Source: Candidatus Bathyarchaeota archaeon | Lineage (GTDB): Archaea > Thermoproteota > Bathyarchaeia > Bathyarchaeales > Bathycorpusculaceae | Length of the DNA stretch: 47,295 nucleotides | Reading direction: 5' to 3' | Assembly: GCA_963733095.1 (NCBI GenBank) | Contig: CAVTBV010000011.1 | Coordinates: 1-47,295 of the forward strand | Part shown: positions 19,912 through 31,119 of the stretch, piece after piece | Numbering within the stretch: the first letter of the stretch is position 1 | Layout of the letters: the number at the start of each line of letters is the position of its first letter | Notes under the pieces: model-generated | Seen by the model: the letters and a program-made list of their open reading frames with translations, nothing else | What the model was told of the DNA's origin: nothing | Database searches by the model: none | Translations under genes and position numbers: made by a program

Positions 19912-21081
19912 TTAGTACCCCATTAAGCCGCAGCATCGAGAACATATTGGGAAAACTCCGTTGTCACAGCTTCTTAGGGCTTGTCTGAATTTGCGGTGTT
20001 TTTCGCCGTTGTATATTTCAAGTATACTTGATTCTTGGATGTTTCCTGTAACGAAATCTGGGAAATCTCGGCATGTAACAGTGTCTCCGTTTGGCATTAC
20101 ATCTAATTGGAACCAGGGTGAAACACATTTTTTGTAACCGAAAAAGTTTTCGGGTTCAGTGTAGTAGGTTTTTATTTGTTCGGGGTTTAGGTTAGGCACG
20201 AATAGGATGGGCGTTTTGAATTTTTCTGATTTTATCTTTTTCACTTGTTCAGTGATTTTTTGTATGTCCAATATTGAGGTGTCACGGACATAGCCTTTCC
20301 ATGCGAAGGGTGTTATGCCTAACTTTTCTTCCGCAATTTTCGTGTGTTTCTGCCCAATAGATTCTTTAGTGAACCAAGAATAGTAAATAATCATGCCATC
20401 AGGGCGCAGTTTTTCTGCTTCTTTGGCTGTCTCGTATAGATATGCTTCGTTGTTTTTTGAGATTGTCGTGAGGACATATATGCCCGGCTTCTTAGTCTTT
20501 TGCTCTTTCTTTAGCTTCTGAATAGCTACTATTCCCTTGGTCGCCGTTTCAAGTGCACCAGGCGTTCCTCGGCATTTATCATGAATTTCTTTGGGTCCAT
20601 CAAATGAGACGCAAATCATGTCCCAGCCGTTGTCCACAATGGTTTGTGCATTTTTTTCCAAGCCAACGCCATTTGTAACGATTTGAACGGTTAATCCTTT
20701 TTCTTTCATGTAGTTAACAAGAGGAACCAGCGGTTCGTAGAGGAAGGGTTCTCCACCAGTAATGTAAACATGAACTTTTTTGGGAGCAACCTCATCGATT
20801 ACTTTTTTGTAAACTTCAACTGGGACTTCGCCTGTAACTTTTGGTGTATCTTCCCTAGCATTATAACCGCTGTTTCCCCATTGAGCGCATATAGCACATC
20901 TGTGGTTGCAACGATGAGTAATTCTTAAGCTCAACAGCCAAAGAGAAGAGCTGCTTCCATCTTCATGCTTATAATCCATTCTAGACTTAACAAATTGCCT
21001 GTATGAACCTCGGGCAAAACTCTTTACGAGTTGGGGATTTTTGCATACTGGACCGAACAGCTGCGTTGGAATGCGTCTCAT
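19912..21081 (-). CDS. Radical SAM protein with a Twitch/SPASM domain
   Basis: CNHRCAIC, TGGEPF, TNG, SFDG; C-terminal Cx17Cx42CxxCC. Confidence 0.9.
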   Translation of the reverse strand: MRRIPTQLFGPVCKNPQLVKSFARGSYRQFVKSRMDYKHEDGSSSSLWLLSLRITHRCNHRCAICAQWGNSGYNAREDTPKVTGEVPVEVYKKVIDEVAPKKVHVYITGGEPFLYEPLVPLVNYMKEKGLTVQIVTNGVGLEKNAQTIVDNGWDMICVSFDGPKEIHDKCRGTPGALETATKGIVAIQKLKKEQKTKKPGIYVLTTISKNNEAYLYETAKEAEKLRPDGMIIYYSWFTKESIGQKHTKIAEEKLGITPFAWKGYVRDTSILDIQKITEQVKKIKSEKFKTPILFVPNLNPEQIKTYYTEPENFFGYKKCVSPWFQLDVMPNGDTVTCRDFPDFVTGNIQESSILEIYNGEKHRKFRQALRSCDNGVFPICSRCCGLMGY

Positions 21082-21370
21082 GAGTACTACCGTTTGTTAT
21101 GTGCCTTAAGCTAGAGTAGAATTTAAATTTGCTCCAAGTTAACAGGCTATATTGACGGTTCTGACTCGAAACAAATTGCTTGAATAGCCATTAGCTAAAA
21201 AAAGCAAAATAGTAGTTGGTACCCCCAAAACATGTAAGTTGATTATTCATCAAGTTCCTCAGGTTAATATTTGATGTTGGGTTTAGAAGCATCTATTACT
21301 TAACCTATTTAACAAAAGTTAAAGTGATGTTAGCTAGGAAGTTATTTAATGAATTCTCGTCACTTCATGT

Positions 21371-22333
21371 TTAGCACGGAACATGTTTTTTTAGAAAACT
21401 AATTCTCGAAGAGAGCAGCGGCAAGAGTTTCTCTACGGCAACAAATGCTATGGTAGCGTAGGCAATTCCTCCTAAAACATCTACTACGTAATGTTCGCCA
21501 AGGTAGACTGCGCTAAACCACGTTCCAACGGGAATTATTGCAACTGGAAGACTCTTCCACTTCCAAATTTTAAATGCAAAAAGGAAAACTAGCCAAGGCA
21601 TAGCTGAATGCATGCTTGGAAAAGCGGCGAATAAGTTTCCGCCTAAGAAGTCAAACAATGTTTTGTAGACTGGAAGTCCAAGGTTTACATCAACCGAACT
21701 AACAAGCACTCTTTGTACTACTGGACCGGCATAGGACGAAGTGAAGGCAGAGTTGAACTCGTACCATGGAGGCGCTACGGGGAAAAAGAGGAAGGTTATC
21801 AGTGCAGCATAGGTTAATACGCCAAAGGCAACTATGTATTTCCAGTAGTTCATAGGGCTTTTTTTCCAGATAACAAACGCGAATATGGTTGGTACGAAGA
21901 AGTATATTCCGTAGAAGACAGCTCCCATATAATCTAAGAATGGAAATCTAAAATTTTGCTGTAGAATCAGGCTTGGAAGCTGACCAAATAACTGCATGTC
22001 AAAGATGCGTGGTGCGGAATGAAGATTGTAGAGAGATATGGTTCCTACGAAACTGTACATGATTTCGTAGGACATAAACACCGTTACGAACGGGAGCCAA
22101 TCTTTTAGGGCTCTCCATGTTTTTTTATTGTAAGAAGCGTAAAAGAGGATGCCTAAAACAAGGAATTCTGGTCCGGGAATAACGTTGTATTGCACACAGA
22201 AGATTGTTATGGCTATGACGTAAATACCCATAAAAAGAAGAGAGAAGAACCGTGAAGAATGATAGTCGAAACCTAACTCGAGTTTCAACTTTTCAAGATT
22301 GAGTTTTTTGCTCTCCTCTTCCTTCTTCACCAT
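21371..22333 (-). CDS. PAP2-superfamily, inositol-phosphorylceramide synthase (Aur1)-like membrane protein
   Basis: FPVAPPW, AAFPSMH and VYLGEHYVVDVLGG motifs; multi-TM. Confidence 0.85.
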   Translation of the reverse strand: MVKKEEESKKLNLEKLKLELGFDYHSSRFFSLLFMGIYVIAITIFCVQYNVIPGPEFLVLGILFYASYNKKTWRALKDWLPFVTVFMSYEIMYSFVGTISLYNLHSAPRIFDMQLFGQLPSLILQQNFRFPFLDYMGAVFYGIYFFVPTIFAFVIWKKSPMNYWKYIVAFGVLTYAALITFLFFPVAPPWYEFNSAFTSSYAGPVVQRVLVSSVDVNLGLPVYKTLFDFLGGNLFAAFPSMHSAMPWLVFLFAFKIWKWKSLPVAIIPVGTWFSAVYLGEHYVVDVLGGIAYATIAFVAVEKLLPLLSSRISFLKKHVPC

Positions 22334-22504
22334 TATTTGATTACCCAGCTTCCAATTACTTTATCCTTTTTTAAATGCCTTTTCCCAATTCACTGGAAAA
22401 TTATTTATTAAATCCGTGGACGATTGAAATTTAGGGGAAATATCTCTAACTTATTTTAGACAAAACCTTTAGAAATAACGTAAACCTACCGTACCTGTGA
22501 AAAA

Positions 22505-22819
22505 ATGGAGAAAGTTTGGGAGGAGCTAAAAAAAATCGATGCGCAAGCCGAGCAAATTCGCAGCGAAGCCCAAACTGACGCTAAAGAAATAGTCAATCTC
22601 GCCCAAAAAGAATCAGAAGAACTCCTTGTAAACAGCAAAAAATATGCTCAACAAGAAGCCCAACAGCTTTATGAGGAAACCGTTGAGGAAGCCAACCGCC
22701 GAGGCGATCAACAGTTAGAAGCAAACCGAAAGGCAACAGAACACCTCAGCGAGCGAGGGCAAAAACGAATGGAAAAAGCCTCTTCAACGATTGTGTCTGC
22801 AGTGATTGGGGAAACATAG
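22505..22819 (+). CDS. atpH: A-type ATP synthase subunit H (peripheral stalk)
   Basis: ~100-aa E/A/K-rich coiled coil at the head of the ATPase cluster. Confidence 0.75.
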   Translation: MEKVWEELKKIDAQAEQIRSEAQTDAKEIVNLAQKESEELLVNSKKYAQQEAQQLYEETVEEANRRGDQQLEANRKATEHLSERGQKRMEKASSTIVSAVIGET

Positions 22820-23869
22820 TTGGCTCAGACTACCCTTTACTCGGGCGTTCTTGCTAAAATTGGTGCAGAAAGAAGCCAGCTCATAAACGAAACTAAACTT
22901 AGAACTTTAACCGAAACCAAAAACTTTACAGAACTCACAGCGCAGCTTCGAGAAACCAGCCACCAACAGCAAATCGCCAAAATATCCCCGCCGCTTACCA
23001 GCCGAAAACTGGAACGTGCATTCAATGAAAACCTCATTGAAACCTACATCAAAATGATTAAGAATGTGCCCAAAAATATCTCAACTTTTCTTCGACTATT
23101 CCTTTTGAGAGTTGAGGTTGAGAACATCAAATTGCTAATTAAAGCTGCCAATGCTAACCTGAGTTCGGAGCAGAAACTGGATCGAATCTACTTTTCAGCC
23201 GAGAACTACCTAAAGCGTCGTGGTACCCTTGAGGAGACCGGAAAAGCTCCCGATTTAAGACGAACTGTAAGTTCGCTTAAGAGTACCGAGTACGCTTTGG
23301 CGTTAAAAGAGGGTATGGTTAGTTATGAGGAGGAAGGCTCAACGGCATGTTTTGATGTTCTCTTGGATAAGCACTTCTACGAGAAACTGTTCGATGCATA
23401 CCAACAGCTTCCGGGAAAAGAGAAGTCCCATGCATACCCATACGTGAGCTTAGAGAATGACGGGTTTGTGTTGCTGACACTTCTTCGTGGCAAAAACCTG
23501 CAATATGACCCAAACTGGCTGCGTCTAGCAGTACCGGCAAAAAAATTCAATTTGTCTAACGAAGCAGTTGAGGCTATTGCTGTGGCAACAGATTTCGATT
23601 CAGCCATCAAAATCACACTTGAAAGCCACTACGGCCATTTTTTTGCAAAGGGGTCTCCTGAAGAGACTTTGGCTAACGCGGCGAAAGCCTTCAATAAAGC
23701 CTTGCTTTTGCATGCGAAAGAAAGTCGCTTTACCGAGATTTTTAACATCGGCGCAGTTCTAGCTTTTTTAACTCAGAAGCAAACTGAGGTGCAAAACCTA
23801 ATAGCCATAAGTTTGGGTGTAGAAGCGGGTTTGAAGCCTGAGGACATTCAGCAGAAGCTATTGTTCTAA
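22820..23869 (+). CDS. atpC: A-type ATP synthase subunit C
   Basis: 349 aa; ENIKLLIK, NLIAISLG; cluster context. Confidence 0.85.
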   Translation: MAQTTLYSGVLAKIGAERSQLINETKLRTLTETKNFTELTAQLRETSHQQQIAKISPPLTSRKLERAFNENLIETYIKMIKNVPKNISTFLRLFLLRVEVENIKLLIKAANANLSSEQKLDRIYFSAENYLKRRGTLEETGKAPDLRRTVSSLKSTEYALALKEGMVSYEEEGSTACFDVLLDKHFYEKLFDAYQQLPGKEKSHAYPYVSLENDGFVLLTLLRGKNLQYDPNWLRLAVPAKKFNLSNEAVEAIAVATDFDSAIKITLESHYGHFFAKGSPEETLANAAKAFNKALLLHAKESRFTEIFNIGAVLAFLTQKQTEVQNLIAISLGVEAGLKPEDIQQKLLF

Positions 23870-25860
23870 GCCTTGTTTTTGGTTAATTCAACTTCGGTGT
23901 AGACCGATTTTTGTTTGAAAGGAGTAAACGGTGTTCCCGTGCCTAAGTAGAATTTGCTAAACCACTCATAGAAGTGTAGTCTCATGGTGTGGATGAAGAC
24001 TATTAGTCCTTCGAGAGCAAGGACGAAGATGTTGCCTGCAACTATTATTATTCCGCTTAAAATTACAGTTAAAATCGACGCCGAACCAATCAAGCCTGCA
24101 ACCGTGTAAACCACAAGAATCAGTGCCCAATGTGCCATAAGAAGAGCCAGAATTCGAGTATAGGAAATGGTGTTGCTGAGGAGTCGTGTCACTAAGTCTC
24201 CGCTTTCAAAGAGTCTTTCCCCAAAAGAGGTTTGCTCGCTTGGGATTTCAATGGAGTTCCATGTGAGTCTTTTCGCCACTGAAAATATGGGCTTCCCAAA
24301 GACTAAAACGGCAAAAGGAACAATCGCCAATAATATTGGACCGCTAAACCAAGCGCCAAAATCCAACTGGTAGAGTGCAACAAGAGAAACTGAGCCAAGG
24401 TAGAACGCAATTTTCGGCACAGAAGTCAACACCACATCGACCACGTTATGTTTAAACAGAAAATCAACCATCTCCAAAACCAACCCGCTGACTATTTGTA
24501 TGACTCCAACGAATAGGCTAAAAATCAGAAACATGAGCACATTATCGAACGGGCTAAACCATATTGGCGCAAACACCTCGATTCCGAAAAACTCGCCAAA
24601 CAAAATACCTGCAATAATAGCACCGACTCCGCAGGTAGCTAAAATCCAACAGACATTCTTGATTGCCTGCCCCTTCTTTATTAATGTTCCAAGCGTTGCT
24701 CCGCCGATTAGCAGCAGTAAACCATGTCCTATGTCGCCAAACATTAACCCAAAGATCAAAGGGAATGTAATTGCGATGATGGGTGTAGGGTCCAGTTCGT
24801 TGTAGTGGGGTACGCCGTAGAGTTTGGTGATTTCTTCAAATGGTTTAACGAAGCGGTTGTGGCTAACCATTGTAGGCGGGTCTGCGTCTGGAATGTGCTC
24901 GTTTTCAAGCACCAAAGCTTTTCCATTCAAATTTTCACTGATTTTTTTTGCTAATGTATCGAACTTTTTCTGGGGCACAAAACCTTTGATGCTCGCCAGC
25001 CTTCCTGACTGCAAAATTTTTCTTTCCGCCTGCAACAAGGTAAATATGTTTTCGATGGTTTCTTTCCATGATTTAAGCGTGTTGTGTTTTTCTTTGCCGA
25101 GTTTTTTGAGTTTAGATAAAACCTGTTTTTCTTGATGTGATATTTTCTTTAATTGGTTGTTTACTTCTTTTAGTGCTAAAGTTATGTCGTGGGGGAGTTC
25201 CTCGGGGATTTGGAAGATTTCGCTATGGTGTGTCTTTAGGATTCGTTCGATGTCTGTTTGGTGTTTTGTGGGCATGGCAAAACACATGAAGTCGATTTCT
25301 TTGGTTAGGTAGCATCGGTGTATGATAACTGGAAAGTCTGCGAGAGCGACTTCAAGAAGGGGGAGATTCTTATGTGGTACGCTTGCGATTTCAATATGAA
25401 TTAGCTTGAGTTCTTCCGTGGCCACAAGATCTGCACCCATCTTATCCATAGTTGTAAGCATATTTTTGATGTGGACGAGCTGTTCGGTTTTGTCCTGCAG
25501 ACCTGATGTGGAAGCGATGAGTTCGTCAACCTCTTTTTTTAGCGCCGAAATTTGTTGCATTGTGGTTTCTTGGAGGGTTTGCCAATTCTCCGAAGTAACT
25601 CGAGCCTTAATTGGCTGCTCCAACCTAAAAATGTCCGTGAACCCTGGGGGTTGGGTAATTAACTGTTTTGATAAGTCATTGACTTCTACAAGTGCTTCTT
25701 CAACCCGTTGGATATTCTGGTTGAATTGCTCAACACTTACGCTTTCAGCGCTTTGCTCCACGTGGAATTCGCCAAAGCCGCTTAGCACTTCCAGTACCAA
25801 CTCAACATCTCTTCCTACACAGAATATCGAAGCAGAAGTCATTCTTTCTGGACGAAGCAT
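23866..25860 (-). CDS. atpI: A-type ATP synthase subunit I (a), inverted relative to the cluster
   Basis: YGVPHYNELDPT, FGLMFGDIGHG, SNTISYTRILAL (essential Arg), RLHFYEWFSKFY. Confidence 0.95.
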   Translation of the reverse strand: MLRPERMTSASIFCVGRDVELVLEVLSGFGEFHVEQSAESVSVEQFNQNIQRVEEALVEVNDLSKQLITQPPGFTDIFRLEQPIKARVTSENWQTLQETTMQQISALKKEVDELIASTSGLQDKTEQLVHIKNMLTTMDKMGADLVATEELKLIHIEIASVPHKNLPLLEVALADFPVIIHRCYLTKEIDFMCFAMPTKHQTDIERILKTHHSEIFQIPEELPHDITLALKEVNNQLKKISHQEKQVLSKLKKLGKEKHNTLKSWKETIENIFTLLQAERKILQSGRLASIKGFVPQKKFDTLAKKISENLNGKALVLENEHIPDADPPTMVSHNRFVKPFEEITKLYGVPHYNELDPTPIIAITFPLIFGLMFGDIGHGLLLLIGGATLGTLIKKGQAIKNVCWILATCGVGAIIAGILFGEFFGIEVFAPIWFSPFDNVLMFLIFSLFVGVIQIVSGLVLEMVDFLFKHNVVDVVLTSVPKIAFYLGSVSLVALYQLDFGAWFSGPILLAIVPFAVLVFGKPIFSVAKRLTWNSIEIPSEQTSFGERLFESGDLVTRLLSNTISYTRILALLMAHWALILVVYTVAGLIGSASILTVILSGIIIVAGNIFVLALEGLIVFIHTMRLHFYEWFSKFYLGTGTPFTPFKQKSVYTEVELTKNKA

Positions 25861-25918
25861 GCTTGCCTAACAAAATGTTGATTAACCAAAGAATTAAACT
25901 TTCATTTGGAGAGCTCGA

Positions 25919-26227
25919 ATGCTTGGTTTAGTTATTGGCGATAGCGACATGGTTACAGGTTTCAGGCTTGTCGGCGTCCAAGGAATAGAAGCAACTTCGA
26001 CTCAAATGGCGCAGGAAGCATTGGAAAAGGCTCTGGCACGCAACGACTTAGCAATTGTAATTGTTAGCGAAGAATTCTCAGTTCAACCTCAAATGCACGA
26101 AGTAATCGATAGGTTGCGCCGAGAACGCATCAGTCCTCTAATTGTTGAGTTGCCAGGAAGCAGAGGAAAACCAAGCGAAATTCGCGTGTCAGAGTTAATC
26201 AGTAAAACTTTAGGGGTTAGAGTGTAG
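25919..26227 (+). CDS. atpF: A-type ATP synthase subunit F
   Basis: VIGDSDMVTGFRLVG...PLIVELP. Confidence 0.92.
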   Translation: MLGLVIGDSDMVTGFRLVGVQGIEATSTQMAQEALEKALARNDLAIVIVSEEFSVQPQMHEVIDRLRRERISPLIVELPGSRGKPSEIRVSELISKTLGVRV

Positions 26228-26239
26228 GCGAACATACCG

Positions 26240-26860
26240 ATGGATGTTAAGGCTGGTCTTGTGACGATTGCTGGGGAGGTTTTAGGGGATGTGCAGAAGG
26301 AAGCGGAAGCCCTAATATTAGCGGCTGAAAAAGAAGCAAAAAAAACACTGCAGGCGGCTAAAACGCAGGCAGATCAAGACTACCTCATACTCATAGGTCA
26401 AACGAAGGTTAACGCTGAGGTGGAACAGCGTAGAATTGCCTCTTTAACTGAAGTGGAAATTAGGAATCGGCTGCTTCATGCAAAAGAAAAATTGGTCGAC
26501 AAAGCTTTTGAAACAGCGCTGGGTAAACTTGAGGCTTTTGTGGAAACCCCCGCCTATCGTGATTACCTTTTCAGGCTCATCGTGGACGCAGCTAGAAGAA
26601 TCAGCTCAAAAACCCTCATCCTTCAAGTTAACGACAAAGACAAAGCTTGGCTGGCTCAAGAAACCCTCCAAGACTTATCCAAAAAACTAAATGCCAATCT
26701 AAAACTGTCCGGCCAGACACAAATTTGCATAGGAGGCTGCAAAATCCAAACAGAAGACGGCAAAGTCACCTACGACAACACAATAGACAGTCGGTTCCTA
26801 GAACTCAAACAAACCTTACGTACTGAAGTTGCAAGAATTCTATTCGAGGAGGAAGCTTGA
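26240..26860 (+). CDS. atpE: A-type ATP synthase subunit E
   Basis: N-terminal coiled coil; IGG...DG...YDNT...R. Confidence 0.88.
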   Translation: MDVKAGLVTIAGEVLGDVQKEAEALILAAEKEAKKTLQAAKTQADQDYLILIGQTKVNAEVEQRRIASLTEVEIRNRLLHAKEKLVDKAFETALGKLEAFVETPAYRDYLFRLIVDAARRISSKTLILQVNDKDKAWLAQETLQDLSKKLNANLKLSGQTQICIGGCKIQTEDGKVTYDNTIDSRFLELKQTLRTEVARILFEEEA

Positions 26861-26862
26861 TT

Positions 26863-28629
26863 ATGACGGCTAAGGGTAGGATTATCCGCGTTGCAGGACC
26901 CGTAGTGGAAGCCAAGGGCATGGCAGAAGCTGTCATGCATGAACTCGTTGAAGTGGGCGATGAGAACTTAATTGGTGAAATCATACGTTTAGAGGGTGAA
27001 CGTGCAATCATCCAAGTTTACCAAAACACATCTGGACTAAAACTCGGCGAGGAAGTTTTAGGTACGGGGAACCCGCTTTCAGTGGAGTTGGCTCCTGGTT
27101 TGGTGGGGACAGTTTTTGACGGTATACAAAGACCTCTTGAAGTTTTAAAGGCAACAACTGGACCCTTCATTAAACATTGCTCAATAAAAGCCCTTTCACG
27201 CGACAAGAAATGGTCTTTTACCCCCAAAGGAAAAGTTGGCGTACAATTGGCTAGCGGCGTCACTATTGGAACAGTCTCAGAAACTGACCTTATCGAACAT
27301 CACATACTCTTACCGCCTAACATTGCAGGAAAACTAATTCAAATCGCCCCTCAAGGCGAATACACAATAACCGAACCAGTTGCCACCATAGAGGCAAACG
27401 GAGTCAAATCTGAAGTCTCGATGCTGCAGAAGTGGCCGGTCAGAAAGCCCCGTCCCTACAGTCGAAGACTTCCTCCCACTTCTCCTCTGATTACAGGTCA
27501 AAGGGTCATTGACACTTTGTTTCCTATTGCGAAAGGAGGAAGCGCAGCCATCCCTGGAGGCTTCGGCACGGGAAAAACCATCACCCAACAGCAACTTGCC
27601 AAATGGTCCGACGCAAACCTTGTAATCTACGTTGGCTGCGGTGAACGGGGCAATGAGATGGTGGATGTGTTGACGAGTTTTCCCAAGTTAACAGACCCAA
27701 CCTCTGGGCGCCCACTTATGGAGCGAACAATCCTTATCGCAAACACTAGTAACATGCCTGTTTCCGCCCGAGAAGCCAGCATCTACACAGGCATAACCAT
27801 AGCTGAATACTACCGCGACATGGGCTACGCGGTGGCGTTGATGGCGGATTCCACAAGCAGATGGGCAGAAGCCCTCCGAGAAGTTTCAGGGCGGCTCGAA
27901 GAAATGCCCGCCGAAGAAGGCTTCCCAAGCTACCTGCCCTCTAGGCTCGCGGAGTTTTATGAGCGCACCGGAGTTATAGAAACTTTGGGTACAGAGAAAC
28001 GGGTCGGCTCAATTTGTGCCATTGGCGCGGTTTCTCCTCCAGGAGGCGACTTCTCTGAGCCAGTCACCCAACACACCAAACGTTTCACTCGAGTTTTCTG
28101 GGCGCTTGACCCTGAACTCGCGGATGCAAGGCATTATCCTGCGATCAATTGGATGCAGAGCTACAGCGGCTATATTCCGGAACTTGAAGATTGGTGGAGC
28201 AAACAAGTAGAAAAAGATTGGAACAGCTACCGGGAACAAACTATGCAGATACTTCAAGTTGAGGATGACCTCAAAAACATCGTTAAACTAGTTGGTCCAG
28301 AAGCTCTGCCCAATCGCCAACGCTTGATTCTGGAAACAGCAAGAATCATTCGCACCGCTTTTCTGCAGCAAAACGCCTTAGACCCGGTGGATACTTACTG
28401 TTCCCCCGAAAAACAATTCAAAATGCTCAAGATAATTGTTGACTTCCATCATTTAGCCGAACGTATAGTTAGCAAAGGAGCACCAATCTTCAAAATAACT
28501 GAGCTGCCCCTTACGGAGGAAATTTTACGCATGAAAACCGTAGTGCCCAACGACAAAGTCAGTCTTCTTGACGATTTAGAGAAACGTATGCTTCAACGTT
28601 TTGAAGAGTTAGAGGAAAGTTTGAGGTAA
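26863..28629 (+). CDS. atpA: A-type ATP synthase subunit A
   Basis: GGFGTGKT P-loop, [17 protein letters not shown]; no intein. Confidence 0.97.
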   Translation: MTAKGRIIRVAGPVVEAKGMAEAVMHELVEVGDENLIGEIIRLEGERAIIQVYQNTSGLKLGEEVLGTGNPLSVELAPGLVGTVFDGIQRPLEVLKATTGPFIKHCSIKALSRDKKWSFTPKGKVGVQLASGVTIGTVSETDLIEHHILLPPNIAGKLIQIAPQGEYTITEPVATIEANGVKSEVSMLQKWPVRKPRPYSRRLPPTSPLITGQRVIDTLFPIAKGGSAAIPGGFGTGKTITQQQLAKWSDANLVIYVGCGERGNEMVDVLTSFPKLTDPTSGRPLMERTILIANTSNMPVSAREASIYTGITIAEYYRDMGYAVALMADSTSRWAEALREVSGRLEEMPAEEGFPSYLPSRLAEFYERTGVIETLGTEKRVGSICAIGAVSPPGGDFSEPVTQHTKRFTRVFWALDPELADARHYPAINWMQSYSGYIPELEDWWSKQVEKDWNSYREQTMQILQVEDDLKNIVKLVGPEALPNRQRLILETARIIRTAFLQQNALDPVDTYCSPEKQFKMLKIIVDFHHLAERIVSKGAPIFKITELPLTEEILRMKTVVPNDKVSLLDDLEKRMLQRFEELEESLR

Positions 28630-28633
28630 AATT

Positions 28634-30031
28634 ATGGTTGCAGGCTTAGAATATAGAGGCGTCAGCTTCATTTCGGGTCCGATAATCATTGTAGAAAATG
28701 TGCGAGATGTTGGGTTTGATGAGCTTGTCAGTGTTAAGGTGCAGACTGGCGAAATCCGTCTGGGCAGAGTTATAGAGGTAACGCAGAAGAGTGTAACGGT
28801 TCAGGTTTTTGAGGGAACCACCGGTTTGTCGCCTTCCGAGACTCGTACACGTTTTCTGGGTAAATCCTTGGAAGTTCCTGTTTCAACAGAGATGCTTGGG
28901 AGGGTTATGGATAGTTTCGGTGAGCCAATCGACGGGCATCCACGCTTCTTCACTGAAGAAAAACGTGACGTGAACGGCTACCCAATTAATCCGACGGCCA
29001 GAGAATACCCCAGAGACTTCATCCAAACAGGCATCTCGGCAATCGACGGCTTAACCAGCCTTGTGCGGGGCCAGAAGCTTCCAGTGTTCAGCGGTCCAGG
29101 GTTATCCCACAATCAACTGGCGGCTCAGGTGGTAAGGCAAGCGCAGATTCGAGGCGGCAGCGAAGAATTCTACGTTGTTTTCATCGCTATGGGTTTGGAG
29201 CATGATGATGCCACTTTTTTCCGCAGAAGCTTTGAAGAAACGGGCGCGATAAAGAACGTGGCGATGTTTCTTAATTTGGCAGAGGATCCGCCTGTGGAAC
29301 GGATTATTACGCCTCGGGCTGGTTTGACTTTGGCAGAGTACTTGGCGTTTGATCAGGGTTCCCATGTGCTTGTGGTCTTAACTGATATGACGAATTACTG
29401 TGAGGCATTGCGTGAGGTCAGCGCTTCGATGGAGGAGGTTCCCAGCAGGAAAGGTTACCCCGGCTACATGTACAGTGACCTTGCAAGCCTCTACGAACGC
29501 GCAGGCAGAATCACAGGCAAAAAAGGCTCAATTACCCAAATGCCGATTTTAACCATGCCAAATGACGATATCACCCACCCCATCCCCGACCTAACCGGCT
29601 ACATCACTGAAGGACAAATCGTATTGTCTCGTTCACTGGAAAAACAAGGCATCTACCCCCCCATCAATATTTCCACTAGTCTCTCAAGGCTAATGAAAGA
29701 CGGCATAGGAAAAGACCACACACGCGAAGACCACGCAGACATCGCAAGCCAACTGTACTCAGCCTACGCCCAGTACTCCTCCGTTAAATCTCTAGCAACA
29801 ATCATCGGCGAAGAAGGATTAGGAAGCAGAGACAAAGAGTTCATGCGTTTTGGGGAACGTTTTGAGCGTAGCTTGATTAGTCAGGGAAGAGATGAGAACC
29901 GATCCATCGAGCAAACGCTCTCTATTGCATGGGATACTATCTCAGTTCTGCCAGAAGAAGAACTAACCAGTATTCACCCTGAATTTATCAAGAAATACTC
30001 TTCAAAGCCCTCAAACGAGGTTCAGCTGTAA
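28634..30031 (+). CDS. atpB: A-type ATP synthase subunit B
   Basis: [32 protein letters not shown]. Confidence 0.97.
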   Translation: MVAGLEYRGVSFISGPIIIVENVRDVGFDELVSVKVQTGEIRLGRVIEVTQKSVTVQVFEGTTGLSPSETRTRFLGKSLEVPVSTEMLGRVMDSFGEPIDGHPRFFTEEKRDVNGYPINPTAREYPRDFIQTGISAIDGLTSLVRGQKLPVFSGPGLSHNQLAAQVVRQAQIRGGSEEFYVVFIAMGLEHDDATFFRRSFEETGAIKNVAMFLNLAEDPPVERIITPRAGLTLAEYLAFDQGSHVLVVLTDMTNYCEALREVSASMEEVPSRKGYPGYMYSDLASLYERAGRITGKKGSITQMPILTMPNDDITHPIPDLTGYITEGQIVLSRSLEKQGIYPPINISTSLSRLMKDGIGKDHTREDHADIASQLYSAYAQYSSVKSLATIIGEEGLGSRDKEFMRFGERFERSLISQGRDENRSIEQTLSIAWDTISVLPEEELTSIHPEFIKKYSSKPSNEVQL

Positions 30032-30657
30032 TGTCTCTTGAAAACATCAGCGCCACAAGAATCAACCTCATTCAAACAAAGAAGACACTCGGTCTGGCAG
30101 AGTCAGGGCGCGACATACTGGAACGCAAACGCGACATCCTTCTGCGGGAGCTAAGGACCAGCATTTATGAGGCGGAGCGCGCCAGAGACGAATTGTCAGA
30201 AGCACTATCAAAGGCTTATCGAAATCTAAAAGAGGCGGATATGGCTAAGGGTTCAGAATCTGTAGCGAGTGTGGCTTTGGGTTCAAATTACAAAGCCGAT
30301 TTCCTTTTGGATTACCACAGCATCATGGGCGTAACCGTTCCAATCGTTGAATTTAAAAGCGAAACAGAAGTAAAACCCGACTATGGCTTTGCAAACACCA
30401 GTGTTGAACTGGACATGGCCTTTAAACAGTTCTATGCGCTCTTGAGCTTTATTGCTGAATTGGCGCGTGCCGAAGGTACAGTTTTCCAAATCGCCAACGA
30501 CGTGCACAGAACCCAGCGACGCGTAAATGCGCTAAACTATGTTCTAATCCCAAAGTACCGAGGCACTGTGAAGCGAATAGAGCAGGTTTTAGAAGAGAAA
30601 GAACGAGAAGAGTTTGTTCGAACAAAACGAATAAAACATATGATCAAAAGGAGATGA
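30031..30657 (+). CDS. atpD: A-type ATP synthase subunit D
   Basis: TRINL, LERKRD, TQRRVNAL, LEEKEREEF. Confidence 0.95.
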   Translation: MSLENISATRINLIQTKKTLGLAESGRDILERKRDILLRELRTSIYEAERARDELSEALSKAYRNLKEADMAKGSESVASVALGSNYKADFLLDYHSIMGVTVPIVEFKSETEVKPDYGFANTSVELDMAFKQFYALLSFIAELARAEGTVFQIANDVHRTQRRVNALNYVLIPKYRGTVKRIEQVLEEKEREEFVRTKRIKHMIKRR

Positions 30658-30661
30658 AACT

Positions 30662-31105
30662 TTGAGTTTAGATTTTGCTAATATCAAAAAAATCTTAATT
30701 CCCATTGATGGGTCAGACCACAGCACCCGTGCCGCGGAGCTTGGAGTAAGCGTGGCTAAACTGGTCGGAGCCCAAGTTATGATCTTTTACGTTATTGACA
30801 CCGTTGTTTTGGATCAGATAGCAAAAGGTAGCGAACGCGAAGACGTTGAACGAGAACTAAAACAAGATGGAGAACGCTACATAAATTACGTTCTAAAGTT
30901 AGCGGAAAAACAAAACGTTAAGGCTGATTCTTTGCTTGGTAAAGGACGCCCGTTTGAACAAGTGGTGAATTTGGCGAAGAGATTGGATATGGATCTAATC
31001 GTTATGGGTACTTATGGGCGACGGGGTTCAGATCGCATTCTTATCGGTAGCGTGGCAGAACGAGTAATCGAGTACGCGTCATGCCCTGTTTTGGTAGCAA
31101 AGTAG
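30662..31105 (+). CDS. Universal stress protein (UspA family)
   Basis: ILIPIDGS, DLIVMGTYG, LIGSVAERV, PVLV. Confidence 0.92.
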   Translation: MSLDFANIKKILIPIDGSDHSTRAAELGVSVAKLVGAQVMIFYVIDTVVLDQIAKGSEREDVERELKQDGERYINYVLKLAEKQNVKADSLLGKGRPFEQVVNLAKRLDMDLIVMGTYGRRGSDRILIGSVAERVIEYASCPVLVAK

Positions 31106-31119
31106 AGGGAAGAAAAAGC

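Noticed and set aside
21261-21306. Imperfect inverted repeat between the PAP2 and radical SAM genes
   Set aside because: Short AT-rich arms with large internal loops, compatible with chance
26863-30031. Inteins in ATPase A or B
   Set aside because: Both have normal lengths and continuous motifs
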